The position numbers were made by a program, and so were the translations under genes. Below the pieces are notes generated by a model, which saw only the letters and a program-made list of their open reading frames with translations, did not search any database and had not been told where the DNA came from. This document shows, in pieces, positions 1-10,069 of a stretch of DNA of 64,000 nt (position 1 is the stretch's first letter; each line of letters opens with the position of its first letter). This stretch comes from Terriglobia bacterium (lineage in GTDB: Bacteria > Acidobacteriota > Terriglobia > 20CM-2-55-15): positions 64,001 through 128,000 of the forward strand of contig CBDCLE010000011.1 of the NCBI GenBank assembly GCA_965218585.1. The letters are read 5' to 3'.

Positions 1-61
1 GGAGAATATCTATTAACCAGGAAGGGAACGATCCACAGTTGAAATGAGCCAAAACAGCGAA

Positions 62-81
62 GCCCGGGATCGCTCCCGGGC
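62..81 (-). terminator. Hairpin downstream of tRNA-Asp, putative terminator
   Basis: GCCCGGGA-TCGC-TCCCGGGC stem; short T tract follows on the minus strand. Confidence 0.5.
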
Positions 82-99
82 CAAATTGCTGCATTGAAA

Positions 100-173
100 C
101 GGGGCCGACGAGATTCGAACTCGCGACCTCCGGCGTGACAGGCCGGCGTTCTAACCAGCTGAACTACGACCCC
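100..173 (-). tRNA. tRNA-Asp(GTC), CCA not encoded
   Basis: Reverse complement GGGGTCGTAGTTCAGCTGGTTAGAACGCCGGCCTGTCACGCCGGAGGTCGCGAGTTCGAATCTCGTCGGCCCCG folds as a cloverleaf with anticodon GTC. Confidence 0.97.
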
Positions 174-252
174 GTGGACAATTGGTGATGATACCCGCTG
201 CGCGGCCCCGGTATCAATAGCCATTCCGGCTGGGTGAATCGCAGGAAACCAC

Positions 253-283
253 AAAAAAAGGTGGTCCGGAGGGGCCACCTTTT
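253..283. terminator. Rho-independent terminator, possibly bidirectional
   Basis: A7-GGTGGTCC-GGAG-GGGCCACC-T4, just after the stop of the M48 gene. Confidence 0.75.
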
Positions 284-308
284 GGATCCTGTTTGATCTC
301 GAAAGTGC

Positions 309-1391
309 TTAACCGCCCGAGCGCCGTCTCAGTACCGGCCGGTCGTCCTCTAACGGCTCCCGATCCGGATCGTCGTCACGGCGTTCCAGGCGAGGTCTTT
401 CGTCTTCCTCAACCTGAACCTCTTCGGCGTTGCCCTCGTCGGTCGAAGCAGTTGTCCGCCGTCTCAGGCTGGGGCGGGAGTCGTCCTCTTCTTCTTGCGG
501 CCGGCGGTTCTCGTAGTCGATCAACCGCTGCTGGACATCGAGAAATTCTGAAGTCGTCAGAACGTACTGATCGCGCTCCGGCAACACGAGCGCGATGTTC
601 CGCTGAGTCTTTTCGATCCGATCCCCGGTGGCCGGATGCGAAGCAAACAGCGACGATATTGTTCCGGGCTTTGCCGTCTCACGGGCCTGGATCTTTTCAA
701 AGAAGGTCACGGCCGCATTGGGATCGTATCCGGTCTTGTATGCGTACTGGCTGCCCAGGTAATCGGCTTCTTCTTCAGCTCCGCGGCTGAAACTCATGAA
801 CTGCGCCGGGATGGCAAACCCTGCTGCCTGGCGAATACCGAACCCTGCAACGCCCCCAAGGAAAATCAGAGGGATCGAAGCCCAGTTGATGATCTGCCCC
901 TTGGTCGCGTTCTCGGTACCGTGCCGGGCCGTGACGTGAGCGATCTCGTGAGCCATCACACCGGCCAACTCAGCTTCTTCGTCCGAGGTCAGAATGACGC
1001 CGGTATTGATGAAGACAAAACCACCCGGCAGGGCCAGCGCATTGATACTGTCGTCTTCGATGACACGGAAGGTGAACGGAACCTGCGCATCCGAATTGCG
1101 AACCAGATTCTGGCCAACGCGATTGACGAACTCGTTGACTACCGGATCATCGACAAGCCGAACCTGACGTTCCAGCTCAGCCGCCATCTGGCGTCCCATC
1201 GCCATCTCGCTCTCGAGCGAGGTGAAGTTCCAGCTAAAGAACCCGGAATTAATGTCTCGGTTTCCAATATTGTCGATGTCCGCATTCTTCGGCTTGTCCT
1301 GAGCAAGTGCCGGACTGGCAGTTGTCACAGTCAGCAGAACTGCGGCCAGCGTCAACCGGATCAGCTTGTCGATCATAGTGAGATTCTCCAA
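309..1391 (-). CDS. M48 family zinc metalloprotease (BepA/YfgC-like), secreted
   Basis: Signal peptide, INALALPGG, HEIAH (HExxH), ExEAD and SHP motifs. Confidence 0.9.
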   Translation of the reverse strand: MENLTMIDKLIRLTLAAVLLTVTTASPALAQDKPKNADIDNIGNRDINSGFFSWNFTSLESEMAMGRQMAAELERQVRLVDDPVVNEFVNRVGQNLVRNSDAQVPFTFRVIEDDSINALALPGGFVFINTGVILTSDEEAELAGVMAHEIAHVTARHGTENATKGQIINWASIPLIFLGGVAGFGIRQAAGFAIPAQFMSFSRGAEEEADYLGSQYAYKTGYDPNAAVTFFEKIQARETAKPGTISSLFASHPATGDRIEKTQRNIALVLPERDQYVLTTSEFLDVQQRLIDYENRRPQEEEDDSRPSLRRRTTASTDEGNAEEVQVEEDERPRLERRDDDPDREPLEDDRPVLRRRSGG

Positions 1392-1570
1392 GAATCTAGG
1401 TTAACTCATCGTAATGACTGCGCTTCCACGGTGTCAAGGTATTTGGACGAAGGAAACTCGAGTTAGGAAGAAGCTTAATTATGTTCTTCTTATCTCACCC
1501 CCTATCTGGTGCAGACAGAATTTGGCATCGAGAGGTTTAAAACCCTCAAAATATTTATCCGGAGAGGGCT

Positions 1571-2287
1571 TCAGACTGAGGGCACAGGCATTGCCACGAC
1601 GTCATCGATCGCCATAAGCTCCTTAACAACAAAGGGTTCTGCGTACTCGACACCCAGCTGATGCCCGTAGAAACGGCACTGGGTTCGAATCCGATCGACG
1701 AGTCTGGCCCAGGCTGGGAAGAGTTTCTCGATTTCCGTCATATCACCATGGAATTGAGAGGCGAAACAGTTGATCGACTCGAGCTTTCTTTCGAAGTAGG
1801 GACTGATGTCAACGGCAAAAGAGGGATCGACGTCCCAGTAGATCGTCGAATACAGGATCTTGTGGGGACGGTGGGGCTCTCCTCGGAGGTGCGCCTTTTT
1901 GAGGCCGGCTGCATAGCAGGCTTCATATCCCAGATGCGCCGTCGTGTAGTGATCGGGATGACGGCCGTCCCAGTAGGGAAGAATGACCGTCCGGGGTCGC
2001 CGGTCCCGAATCTGCTGTGCCACGACCATCCTGTTTTCGATGGAGTTCGTCAGCTGGAAATCCCCTAGATCCAGTCGAGTCCTGAACTGCGCCCCGAGAA
2101 CCTTTCTTGCGGCTTCGGCCTCAGCCGCTCTGACTTCCGGCGTACCCCGGGTTCCCATTTCGCCTTCGGTCAGATCCAGGATGCCGACCGTGTACCCCTG
2201 ATCCACCATCTTGAGGAGGGTGCCTCCACACGTCAGCTCCACGTCGTCGGAGTGGGCCGCGAGGGCCAGGATGTCTACGGTTTCCAC
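1571..2287 (-). CDS. bshB1: PIG-L family deacetylase, bacillithiol biosynthesis BshB1-like
   Basis: AHSDDVE, DLTEGEMGTRGT and HPDH motifs; C-terminal GVEYAEPF. Confidence 0.85.
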   Translation of the reverse strand: METVDILALAAHSDDVELTCGGTLLKMVDQGYTVGILDLTEGEMGTRGTPEVRAAEAEAARKVLGAQFRTRLDLGDFQLTNSIENRMVVAQQIRDRRPRTVILPYWDGRHPDHYTTAHLGYEACYAAGLKKAHLRGEPHRPHKILYSTIYWDVDPSFAVDISPYFERKLESINCFASQFHGDMTEIEKLFPAWARLVDRIRTQCRFYGHQLGVEYAEPFVVKELMAIDDVVAMPVPSV

Positions 2288-2532
2288 AGTCGGTCTAACT
2301 CTCTTTCGAGGTCCGCGGGTTCGATCGGGTATTCGAACGTCTTGTTGCCGCCAATCCGGACAACCGGCACATGGGCACCGTACTTCTCTTCAAGCTCGGG
2401 GTCTTCTTCGACGTTGGTCACCTTGAGTGTCAGCTGATAGCGTCCTTGAAGGTTTTCGATCACCTTCAAGGCGATATCACACAGGTGACAATCGGGGCGG
2501 GAAAACATTTCGATCTGAATGTCGCGACTCAT
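2275..2532 (-). CDS. Glutaredoxin-like protein (DUF836)
   Basis: SRPDCHLCD (CxxC) and VPV; start overlaps the ribF stop (ATGA). Confidence 0.8.
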   Translation of the reverse strand: MSRDIQIEMFSRPDCHLCDIALKVIENLQGRYQLTLKVTNVEEDPELEEKYGAHVPVVRIGGNKTFEYPIEPADLERELDRLWKP

Positions 2533-3509
2533 GCCGAATCCTGGGACGCACACTCGGGCGCGTCATCGCTCCAAACTTCCCGGATAGTATCGAACCTGCG
2601 GAAGAATCGTTCGGCCCGGGACCTGTCTTCCTGAATCTGCTCCTTCAGTGCATCGGCGCTGGGAAACCGCCGCTCATCGCGCAGACGGCCGATAAAGCGA
2701 AGGCGCGCGCGCATGGCACCTGCCGGCGGAGCACGATCGAGCAGATGGCTTTCTACGGTACGTTCTGTTTCGGGAAACGTCGGGCGAACTCCGATGTTGG
2801 TCAGGGAAGGGGACCAAGTCTCGTCATCGACTGCAGTCCGTGTTAAATAGACGCCGTCGGCAGGGAGCAACTCGTTAGTCGGCTCGATGTTGAGTGTGGG
2901 TACGGTTAACTTTTCGCCGCGCCCCTGGCCGGGGACAATCCTGCCTCCGATTTCGTAACAGCGACCCAGCAGACGGCGGGCTTCACGAGTCCGTCCCCGA
3001 GCGATCTGCCCCCTGATCCGAGAGCTGCTGACGGGAATGTCTCCCACCATTACGGCAGACACCTCGAATACCTCAAATTTGGATTTCCACGCGCCGAGCG
3101 TATGGATGTCCCCCCGGTGCTGGTGTCCAAAACGAAAGTTGTGGCCCACACACAAGGTTTCCGTCTGAAAACCATTCACCAGGTATTGCCCGATGAATTC
3201 TCCAGCGGTGAGGCTGGAAAACTCTTTTGTGAATTCCTGAATCAGGAGGACGTCGATACCGGATTTTTCGATGAGGTGTATTTTTTGATCGATTGTCGAA
3301 ATTGGAGTCGGGGCCCGTTCTGGAGCAATCCGCGCGAGCGGATGAGGTTCGAATGTAATGGCGACAGAGGGGAGGCCCGATTTGAGAGCGCGGTCTCTCA
3401 CCACCGACAAAATTGCCTCGTGGCCGAGATGAACACCGTCGAAATTCCCCACCGTGACAACGCTCGGCGACGGTGCTCCCACTTCGTCCAATGAACGGAT
3501 GATTTTCAT
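2529..3509 (-). CDS. ribF: Bifunctional riboflavin kinase/FAD synthetase
   Basis: GNFDGVHLGH, SSSRIR, GRG..L.VPTLN, NIGVRPT, VESHLLD. Confidence 0.95.
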   Translation of the reverse strand: MKIIRSLDEVGAPSPSVVTVGNFDGVHLGHEAILSVVRDRALKSGLPSVAITFEPHPLARIAPERAPTPISTIDQKIHLIEKSGIDVLLIQEFTKEFSSLTAGEFIGQYLVNGFQTETLCVGHNFRFGHQHRGDIHTLGAWKSKFEVFEVSAVMVGDIPVSSSRIRGQIARGRTREARRLLGRCYEIGGRIVPGQGRGEKLTVPTLNIEPTNELLPADGVYLTRTAVDDETWSPSLTNIGVRPTFPETERTVESHLLDRAPPAGAMRARLRFIGRLRDERRFPSADALKEQIQEDRSRAERFFRRFDTIREVWSDDAPECASQDSA

Positions 3510-4977
3510 CAGTAGTACACTCTCCCAGGCCACGAAATCTCAATGGGCCGGAACGTGTAAACCGCAGGCCGTCAGGCCAAACCGTTATAATAACCAATTC
3601 TTTCCGAACGTGCTTGGCTCCAATGGCTTACGTTGCCGGCGGGCGAGGTCATCCCTCACGACCACCTCAAGATGGCCCATTCCGCACACTGATCGAATGG
3701 ATTGAAGCTCGGCCAGGCAAGTTCACCAAGTAGGTGACAACAGAACGGAAAAGGCAACCGCCAGTAGCATCACAACTGTTGCTGACGTGTTACCATCGCG
3801 CCGCACTGATACAGATCGATGCCGGAGGTTAAAAAAATGAAGAGAATACTTGCGTATCCGCTGCTCGCATCCCTCCTGGGTCTTGGAGCTGTGGGGCTCC
3901 TCGCCCCGAGCCTCGTAGCGGCCCAGGATGCGGCAATCACCAATGTGCGCGTGATCGTGGGCGACGGCGAGGTCATCGACGCGGGCACGATCATCATACG
4001 TGACGGCCGGATTGCCTCCGTTTCCACGGGCCGGACCAACACCCAGGGCTTGGAAACGATCGACGCCGACGGCATGACCGCCATGGCTGGATTCATCGAC
4101 GCGCACAAGCACATCGGCACCAACGACAACGAGGCGGCCCAGATGCAAGCGCTCCTCGAGTCCGGAGTCACGACGATTCTGGCGGGGGGAGGCCGGCCCG
4201 AGGGCAGCCTCATGCTACGGGACCACATCGAAAGCGGCCAGATCAACGGTCCGCGGATCCTTCCCTCGGGAAGTGTCGGGCTCGGCAATAACACGCCTGA
4301 AATGGCGCGGGCCCAGGTTCGCGAGTTGGCGGCGTTGGGAGTTCGGTACACCGGCGAAATCGGCCTGAATCCCGACGGGCCGAGCGAGGAGGAACTCGAG
4401 GTTCTCCGGGCCATCGTGGACGAGGCGGAGAACGCGGGTGTCACCGTCAATGTCCATGCCACGGGCCCCTTGGCCATGGTGGCCGCCATCGACGCCGGCG
4501 TGCGGCGCCTAGTTCACACGCCCAACAAGGGCTGGGTGACCCAGGCCCAGGCGCGAAGAGTCGCCGAGACAGGCACAATGATCCTGGGGACCGTCGGCTT
4601 CGGCTTCCCGGTCTTTGATGTATTCGCGGATGACAACGAACCGAGATTCCGAGACGGCCAACCCTGGCCGGAAAACATCCTGCAGGGGACCGAGATCGAC
4701 GGCGCCCGAGTCGGCACCGAAGCCGGTATCACGGCTGTGAACGCGCGCACGATCTGGGATCAGGGCGGCATCCTTGGCTACTGCACCGATTCGAACTACG
4801 ACCCGCTGGGGCTGCTCCAGCATGAGTTACAGATCCACGCCACCATGTTCTCGGTGGAAGACATCATCCAGCTGATGGGACCGAATACCGCAGCCTACGT
4901 CAACATGGAAGACGATCTCGGAACACTGGAGGCGGGCAAGCTGGCCGACATCATCCTGCTGAACGGCAACCCCCTAG

Positions 4978-6527
4978 GAGCCTGCGCCGTAGGACGATTT
5001 TCGACTCGGCGAATTTCGCGATATGGCGATTGATCGGTATCGGTGACCGGGGAATGGGCGTTTTGGACGACGAGGCGCCGATGGGTGCGCCACGGGTGCT
5101 TGAATCGACCCTCGTTCGGCCTGATTTGCGGGCGGTATCCCTGTCATCAGGCTGCCTGAAGCCCCTGCATCCGCTTGACGTTCAATGCCAGACACACCAA
5201 GTTCCACTCGCCCTGGACCTTGTTCAGGCCGCGCAGGCTGAATCGGCGGAAGCCGAGCACCTCCTTGATCCACCCGTTGGGCGCCTCCGACAGCCATTTG
5301 CGCTGGGCGTACTGCACCCGTCCCGCCTCCATCGACAGCTTCTCGGCCATGCGGGCCTTCGCCGGATGCCTGGCGGCGTCTACCGCGACCGCGCGCCGGC
5401 CCTCCCGGCCCAAGGCCACATAGCCGTCCACGCCGCGCGCCTCCAGCGCCTCCAGGTCGTCCTCGTTGCAGTAGCCCGCATCCGCCAGCACCGTCTCGGG
5501 CCGTTCCCCATGGGTGGCCTCCACCTCGTCCACCAACGGGACCAGCCGACCCTGGTCGCTGGCGTTCGACGACACCTCGGTGGCGACGATCAACTGCTTC
5601 TCTCCCTCCACCGCCACCTGCGCGTTGTAGCACTGCTGAAAACCCTCCGATGAGGTCTTCATGATCCGGCTTTCGGGATCGGTGAAGTTGTCCTGCGCCT
5701 TCTCGTCCGGCTCGCCGTATTCCCGCTTGTAGGGCCGCCCGCTCTTCCGGTTGCGCTTCGAACCGGGCTCGCGTCCCCGCGCCTCGTCGGCCTCCCGTTG
5801 CCTGGCCTCCAATCGCGCCCTGGCCGCCCGGATCGCCGCCAGCCGATCCTCCCGGCGGCGCAACTCCTCGGGTAACTCATCGCCGCGATGCGCCTCCCCG
5901 AAACGCGCGTCCTCCGCCGCATCGGTCTCCCGCGCGCGCGACAGCAACGCTTCGATCTCGCCCTCCAGGCGCCGCTCCTCCTCCTGCATCCGACCGTAAC
6001 TCATCGCCTTGCGCTTGCTGGCATTGGCTCGAACCTTCGTCCCGTCGATCGACAACTTGCCGAAGTTCCCAACCCCGGTCTCGCGCGCCAGACCGACCAC
6101 CTCCACAAACAGCGCCTTGAAATCCGACAAATGACGCCGGCGAAACTCGCAAATCGTCCGATGGCTCGGAAAATTCCCCGCCGCCAACACCCGAAATGCC
6201 ACGTCCTCCTCCAGCTTCCGCGCCAGCCCTCGGGACGAAAACACCCCCGTCGCGTACCCGTAGATCAGCACCTTCGCCATCATCCGCGGCTCATACGGCG
6301 ACTTGCGACGACCGTCCCCCTCGTAAGGCGCGTAAAACGCCGTCAAGTCCAATCCGTCCACCAGATCGCTCACATGGTGTGCCAAGTGCCCCTCCGGCAA
6401 CCAATCCCGTATATCCGGCGCCAGCAGCAACCCCTGCTCCGGCTGGTACGGGCGAAACGTCGTCGGCATCGCATTCTCCTCCTAACTGCGACACTATTAT
6501 CTCATTCACTTCCTACGGCGCAGGCTC
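4978..6527 (-). mobile_element. IS1182 family element, copy 1 (1550 bp)
   Basis: Perfect 17-bp TIR GAGCCTGCGCCGTAGGA/TCCTACGGCGCAGGCTC; CTAG duplicated at 4974-4977 and 6528-6531. Confidence 0.93.
5147..6469 (-). CDS. IS1182 family DDE transposase
   Basis: WLPEGHLA, YGYATGVFSSR, IDGTK.RANASK, NFTDPESRIMK, LADAGY. Confidence 0.93.
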   Translation of the reverse strand: MPTTFRPYQPEQGLLLAPDIRDWLPEGHLAHHVSDLVDGLDLTAFYAPYEGDGRRKSPYEPRMMAKVLIYGYATGVFSSRGLARKLEEDVAFRVLAAGNFPSHRTICEFRRRHLSDFKALFVEVVGLARETGVGNFGKLSIDGTKVRANASKRKAMSYGRMQEEERRLEGEIEALLSRARETDAAEDARFGEAHRGDELPEELRRREDRLAAIRAARARLEARQREADEARGREPGSKRNRKSGRPYKREYGEPDEKAQDNFTDPESRIMKTSSEGFQQCYNAQVAVEGEKQLIVATEVSSNASDQGRLVPLVDEVEATHGERPETVLADAGYCNEDDLEALEARGVDGYVALGREGRRAVAVDAARHPAKARMAEKLSMEAGRVQYAQRKWLSEAPNGWIKEVLGFRRFSLRGLNKVQGEWNLVCLALNVKRMQGLQAA

Positions 6528-6715
6528 CTAGAGGGCTTTTGGAACATGCTCAACACCCAGGTGGTCCTTAAGGAGGGTGTGGTCGTGGTGGACAAACGCT
6601 GAATCCTCAAGGCGAGAAAACTGCGGGTTCCCATCTCATGGAGCGTCTCGATGTCCGGGAAGGGGATTGATCAGGACTTGACCTAGTTTTTTCCCCATCG
6701 ACCTAACTAGGCACC

Positions 6716-7237
6716 ATGGCCAGAGCATTTACCAAAGAATCCGATAACGAAGATGTCGACGATCCGATGCGCGACCCGATCGAGGTTTTACCTCTCGGTG
6801 CAAAGAACTACATCACTCCGAGCGGCGCTGCCCGTGTGAAGGAACGCCTGGACGACCTCATCCACAAGGAACGGCCTGCGGCGCTGAAAGCGGCTGGGCC
6901 TCGGGGCGATCCGGCCCGGAAGAAAAAACAGCGCCAGATCGACCGCCAGATTCGACTCCTCGGGGAGCGCATTGCCAATTTCGAGGTGATTGATCCCGCC
7001 AAACAGAGTGCCGACCGCGTGTCTTTCGGCGCGAGGGTCACGGTGTGCGACGAAGAAGGACGTGAAAAAACCTACCAGATCTGCGGTGTCGACGAAACGG
7101 ATCCGGATAACGGGAAGATCAGCTGGATCTCGCCGATAGCCAGGGCCTTAAGGTCGCGGGAAGTCGGGGACGAGATCACTCTTCAGTTGCCTCGAAGAAA
7201 AGTCCTGATGGAAATCGTCAAGATTGACAGCCGGTAA
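6716..7237 (+). CDS. GreA/GreB family transcription elongation factor
   Basis: NYITP.G, VSFGARVTV, YQICGVDE.D, ISWISPIARAL. Confidence 0.9.
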   Translation: MARAFTKESDNEDVDDPMRDPIEVLPLGAKNYITPSGAARVKERLDDLIHKERPAALKAAGPRGDPARKKKQRQIDRQIRLLGERIANFEVIDPAKQSADRVSFGARVTVCDEEGREKTYQICGVDETDPDNGKISWISPIARALRSREVGDEITLQLPRRKVLMEIVKIDSR

Positions 7238-7278
7238 ACCTTTGGTCCGGAACACTATACTTCGCTAGCGGGAAAACT

Positions 7279-7349
7279 GCCGAGGCTGGTGAGCCTCGGC
7301 CTGACATCCGGCCTTCGCCCGGCCTGACTACGCTATAATCCGGCCTGAC
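7279..7349 (+). promoter_or_regulatory. Hairpin plus three CGGCCTGAC direct repeats around a TATAAT box
   Basis: GCCGAGGCT/AGCCTCGGC stem; repeats at 7297, 7320 and 7341; TATAAT at 7334-7339. Confidence 0.4.
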
Positions 7350-7386
7350 CATTGAAGGGTTTCACATCACACGGAGGGACTATGCC

Positions 7387-8982
7387 ATGAAGCGCCTCGT
7401 CGCTGTACTCGGATTGCTGACCGCCGCCATGCTGGCCGTGAACGTGCCTGTCGCCGCACAGACGTTTCCGACCCACGACCCCGTCCTGCGGCAGATGTGG
7501 GAGGAGGGGATGGAGAGGTCTCAGACCTACCCTCTGGCTCAAGAGCTGTTCGACCTGGTCGGACCGCGTCTGACAGCCAGCCCCGGACACGAAGCGGGCA
7601 ACGACTGGCTCGTCGGCAAGTACGCGAGCTGGGGCATCGACGCCAAGAAGGAGCAGTACGGGACCTGGATGCGGTGGCAGCGTGGCCGTACACACGTCGA
7701 TCTGGTAGAGCCGCGCGTGCGCACGCTGGAAGCAACCCTGCTGGCCTGGAGTCCGGGCACCGAGGGGCAAACGATCCGTGGCGAAGTGGTGATCATTCCG
7801 GAGGTCGCCAGCCTCGCGGAGTTCGAGGCCTGGCTGCCGAGTGTCCAGGGGAAGTTCGTCGCCATCGCGTTCGCCCAGCCCACGTGCCGACCCGACGCCG
7901 ACTGGGAGCAGTGGGCGACCGAGGCGTCGTTCGATCAGATGCGGGAGGAGAGAAGCGCGGCGGAGCAGGCCTGGAAGGATTCGATGGCCCGGGCCGGACT
8001 CGAGATCACTGGGCGGGGCTCGGAGACGGCCATTGCCCGCCGTCTCGAGAGTGCGGGCGCGGCCGGTGTGATTGCGTCGCGCTGGTCAGGTGGCTGGGGT
8101 GCCCACCAGATGTTTGCTGCCGGCACCGAGCGGATCCCCGCGTTGACGGCTGGTTGTGAGGATTACGGGTTGCTTTATCGTCTTGCCGAGAATGGACAGC
8201 ATCCCGTGATCGAGGTCATGGCCGATTCCGAGTTCCTCGGCGAGGGTCCGGTGTTCAACACGATTGCCCGGATTCCGGGTACGGAGCTGCCGAACGAGTA
8301 CATCGTGCTCTCGGCGCACTTCGATTCGTGGGACGCGGCCTCAGGCGCGACGGACGATGGGACCGGCGCAATGACGATGCTCGAAGCCATGCGGATCTTG
8401 CAGGCGGCCTATCCCAACCCACGCCGCACGATCATCGCGGGACACTGGGGTGGAGAGGAGCAGGGCCTCAACGGCTCCCGAGGCTTTGCCGCCGACAATC
8501 CCGAGGTCGTGGAGAATCTCCAGGCTCTCTTCAATCAGGACAACGGAACGGGGCGGATCGTGAACGTGTCCTACCAGGGCCTGATCGGAGCATCCGGCTA
8601 TCTCTCGCGCTGGTTCTCCGGGCTTCCGGCCGAATTCTCCGCGGACGTGAAGTTCGACTTTCCAGGGATGCCCGGAAGTGGTGGCAGTGACTACGCTTCG
8701 TTCGTCTGCTACGGCGCGCCGTCGTTCAGCCTCAGGTCGCTCAACTGGAGCTACAGCCCCTACACCTGGCACACGAATCGCGACACCTTCGACAAGGTGA
8801 TATTCGCCGATCTCAAGCACAACGCCACTCTGTACGCGATGCTCGCATACATGGCATCGGAGGAGGAAGATCGCCTGCCACGAGACCGCCGGACCGAGTT
8901 TCCCGTGGACCCGGATACGGGTGAGGCAGGATCATGGCCGGAGTGCCAGCCAGCGCGTCGCAGCTGGTCAGAGCGCCAGTAG
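7387..8982 (+). CDS. M28 family peptidase (carboxypeptidase Q-like), secreted
   Basis: Signal peptide, GPRLTASPG, SAHFDSWD, GATDDGTG, GEEQGL, SDYASF, WHT..D. Confidence 0.9.
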   Translation: MKRLVAVLGLLTAAMLAVNVPVAAQTFPTHDPVLRQMWEEGMERSQTYPLAQELFDLVGPRLTASPGHEAGNDWLVGKYASWGIDAKKEQYGTWMRWQRGRTHVDLVEPRVRTLEATLLAWSPGTEGQTIRGEVVIIPEVASLAEFEAWLPSVQGKFVAIAFAQPTCRPDADWEQWATEASFDQMREERSAAEQAWKDSMARAGLEITGRGSETAIARRLESAGAAGVIASRWSGGWGAHQMFAAGTERIPALTAGCEDYGLLYRLAENGQHPVIEVMADSEFLGEGPVFNTIARIPGTELPNEYIVLSAHFDSWDAASGATDDGTGAMTMLEAMRILQAAYPNPRRTIIAGHWGGEEQGLNGSRGFAADNPEVVENLQALFNQDNGTGRIVNVSYQGLIGASGYLSRWFSGLPAEFSADVKFDFPGMPGSGGSDYASFVCYGAPSFSLRSLNWSYSPYTWHTNRDTFDKVIFADLKHNATLYAMLAYMASEEEDRLPRDRRTEFPVDPDTGEAGSWPECQPARRSWSERQ

Positions 8983-9115
8983 CTCGCGAGACAAAAGCCA
9001 AGATGGCATACACTTCACCGCTCCTTTCATGTGAAGTGTTGCATCGACCGGTTGAGCCGGGGTGATTTATCGGGCGTTGAGAATCATTTTCATGGTCGTT
9101 TAGGGCAACAGCACT

Positions 9116-10069
9116 TTAGTTTGTAGTGGGAGCTGGAACCTCCCGCAGTGCCTCTGCGACAGGGTCATTCCCGAAGATTCCGTCCAACATAACGTTTGCG
9201 ACAATTGGACCTTCCTCCGTTAGCGTTATCCATGCAATATGATCGAAACCGCCGACGCCCGGTCCCGTAAGGTCGCTTCCTCCTCCCGTCGTCGCCAGTT
9301 CGTAGTACCAATTGCCGCTCACATTCGATCTCGAATACCTGGTGTGGTGATGACCTCCAAATACGTTTCGAGGTCGAGTGCCTAAAATCTCTTCAATTTC
9401 AGCCCAGTTCGAATCGTCACCGTACAGCCACATGGGCCGATGAAGGAACATCATCGTCCATCGAACGTCCTCGTTCGCGTCTATTGTCTCCTGAAGCCAG
9501 GCAAACTGCGCTTCTCCGATATGTCCGAACGGTGTCATCTCGAGTCCCGGCGGTCCCGCTGGGTCCTCGATACCTCCCGCAGGTCGATCCTCGCTGTTCA
9601 AGGCAACGAACAGCACGTCTTGATATCGGAAACTGTAGTAAGGTGAACCGAATTGTTCGCGCCATACTGTTTCCAGTAAAGACCCGGCAAGATCATGGTT
9701 GCCGCCTACGAAGAAGAAAGGCATGTCCAATTGATCGACCAATCCCCTGAACTCACCCCACTGGCTTTCGAGTAATTCTCGACTGGCAAGTTCACTGTTA
9801 TCCGTCCCGTCGATCAGGTCTCCCACCGAAATTACAAACGTCGGTTTCAGTAAGTTCAGCTTCTGAACAGCCGCGCCAAACACACCCGGACGAAGTCCTC
9901 CTGTACGATCACCTACGATGGCAAAGGAAAAGTCTGCCGGATCATCGTAAAACTCGAAGTGAGTCGATGCAGTCGTACCATCTTGTTCCTGGGCGGCGGC
10001 GGGCGGTTCAAACACCAGCTGCGAAGCAACCAGGCAAGTCAACAGAAACAAAGTCAATCGGCGAATCAT
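9116..10069 (-). CDS. Calcineurin-like metallophosphoesterase, secreted
   Basis: GDRTGG, VGDLID, GNHD, HRP and GHHH motifs. Confidence 0.88.
   Translation of the reverse strand: MIRRLTLFLLTCLVASQLVFEPPAAAQEQDGTTASTHFEFYDDPADFSFAIVGDRTGGLRPGVFGAAVQKLNLLKPTFVISVGDLIDGTDNSELASRELLESQWGEFRGLVDQLDMPFFFVGGNHDLAGSLLETVWREQFGSPYYSFRYQDVLFVALNSEDRPAGGIEDPAGPPGLEMTPFGHIGEAQFAWLQETIDANEDVRWTMMFLHRPMWLYGDDSNWAEIEEILGTRPRNVFGGHHHTRYSRSNVSGNWYYELATTGGGSDLTGPGVGGFDHIAWITLTEEGPIVANVMLDGIFGNDPVAEALREVPAPTTN

Larger units (their letters stand above)
3837..6602 (+). pseudogene. Secreted amidohydrolase interrupted near its 3' end by IS1182
   Basis: GFIDAHKH and GTLEAGKLADIILLNGNP motifs; removing the IS and one CTAG restores NP-LEGFWNMLNTQVVLKEGVVVVDKR*. 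Confidence 0.88.
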
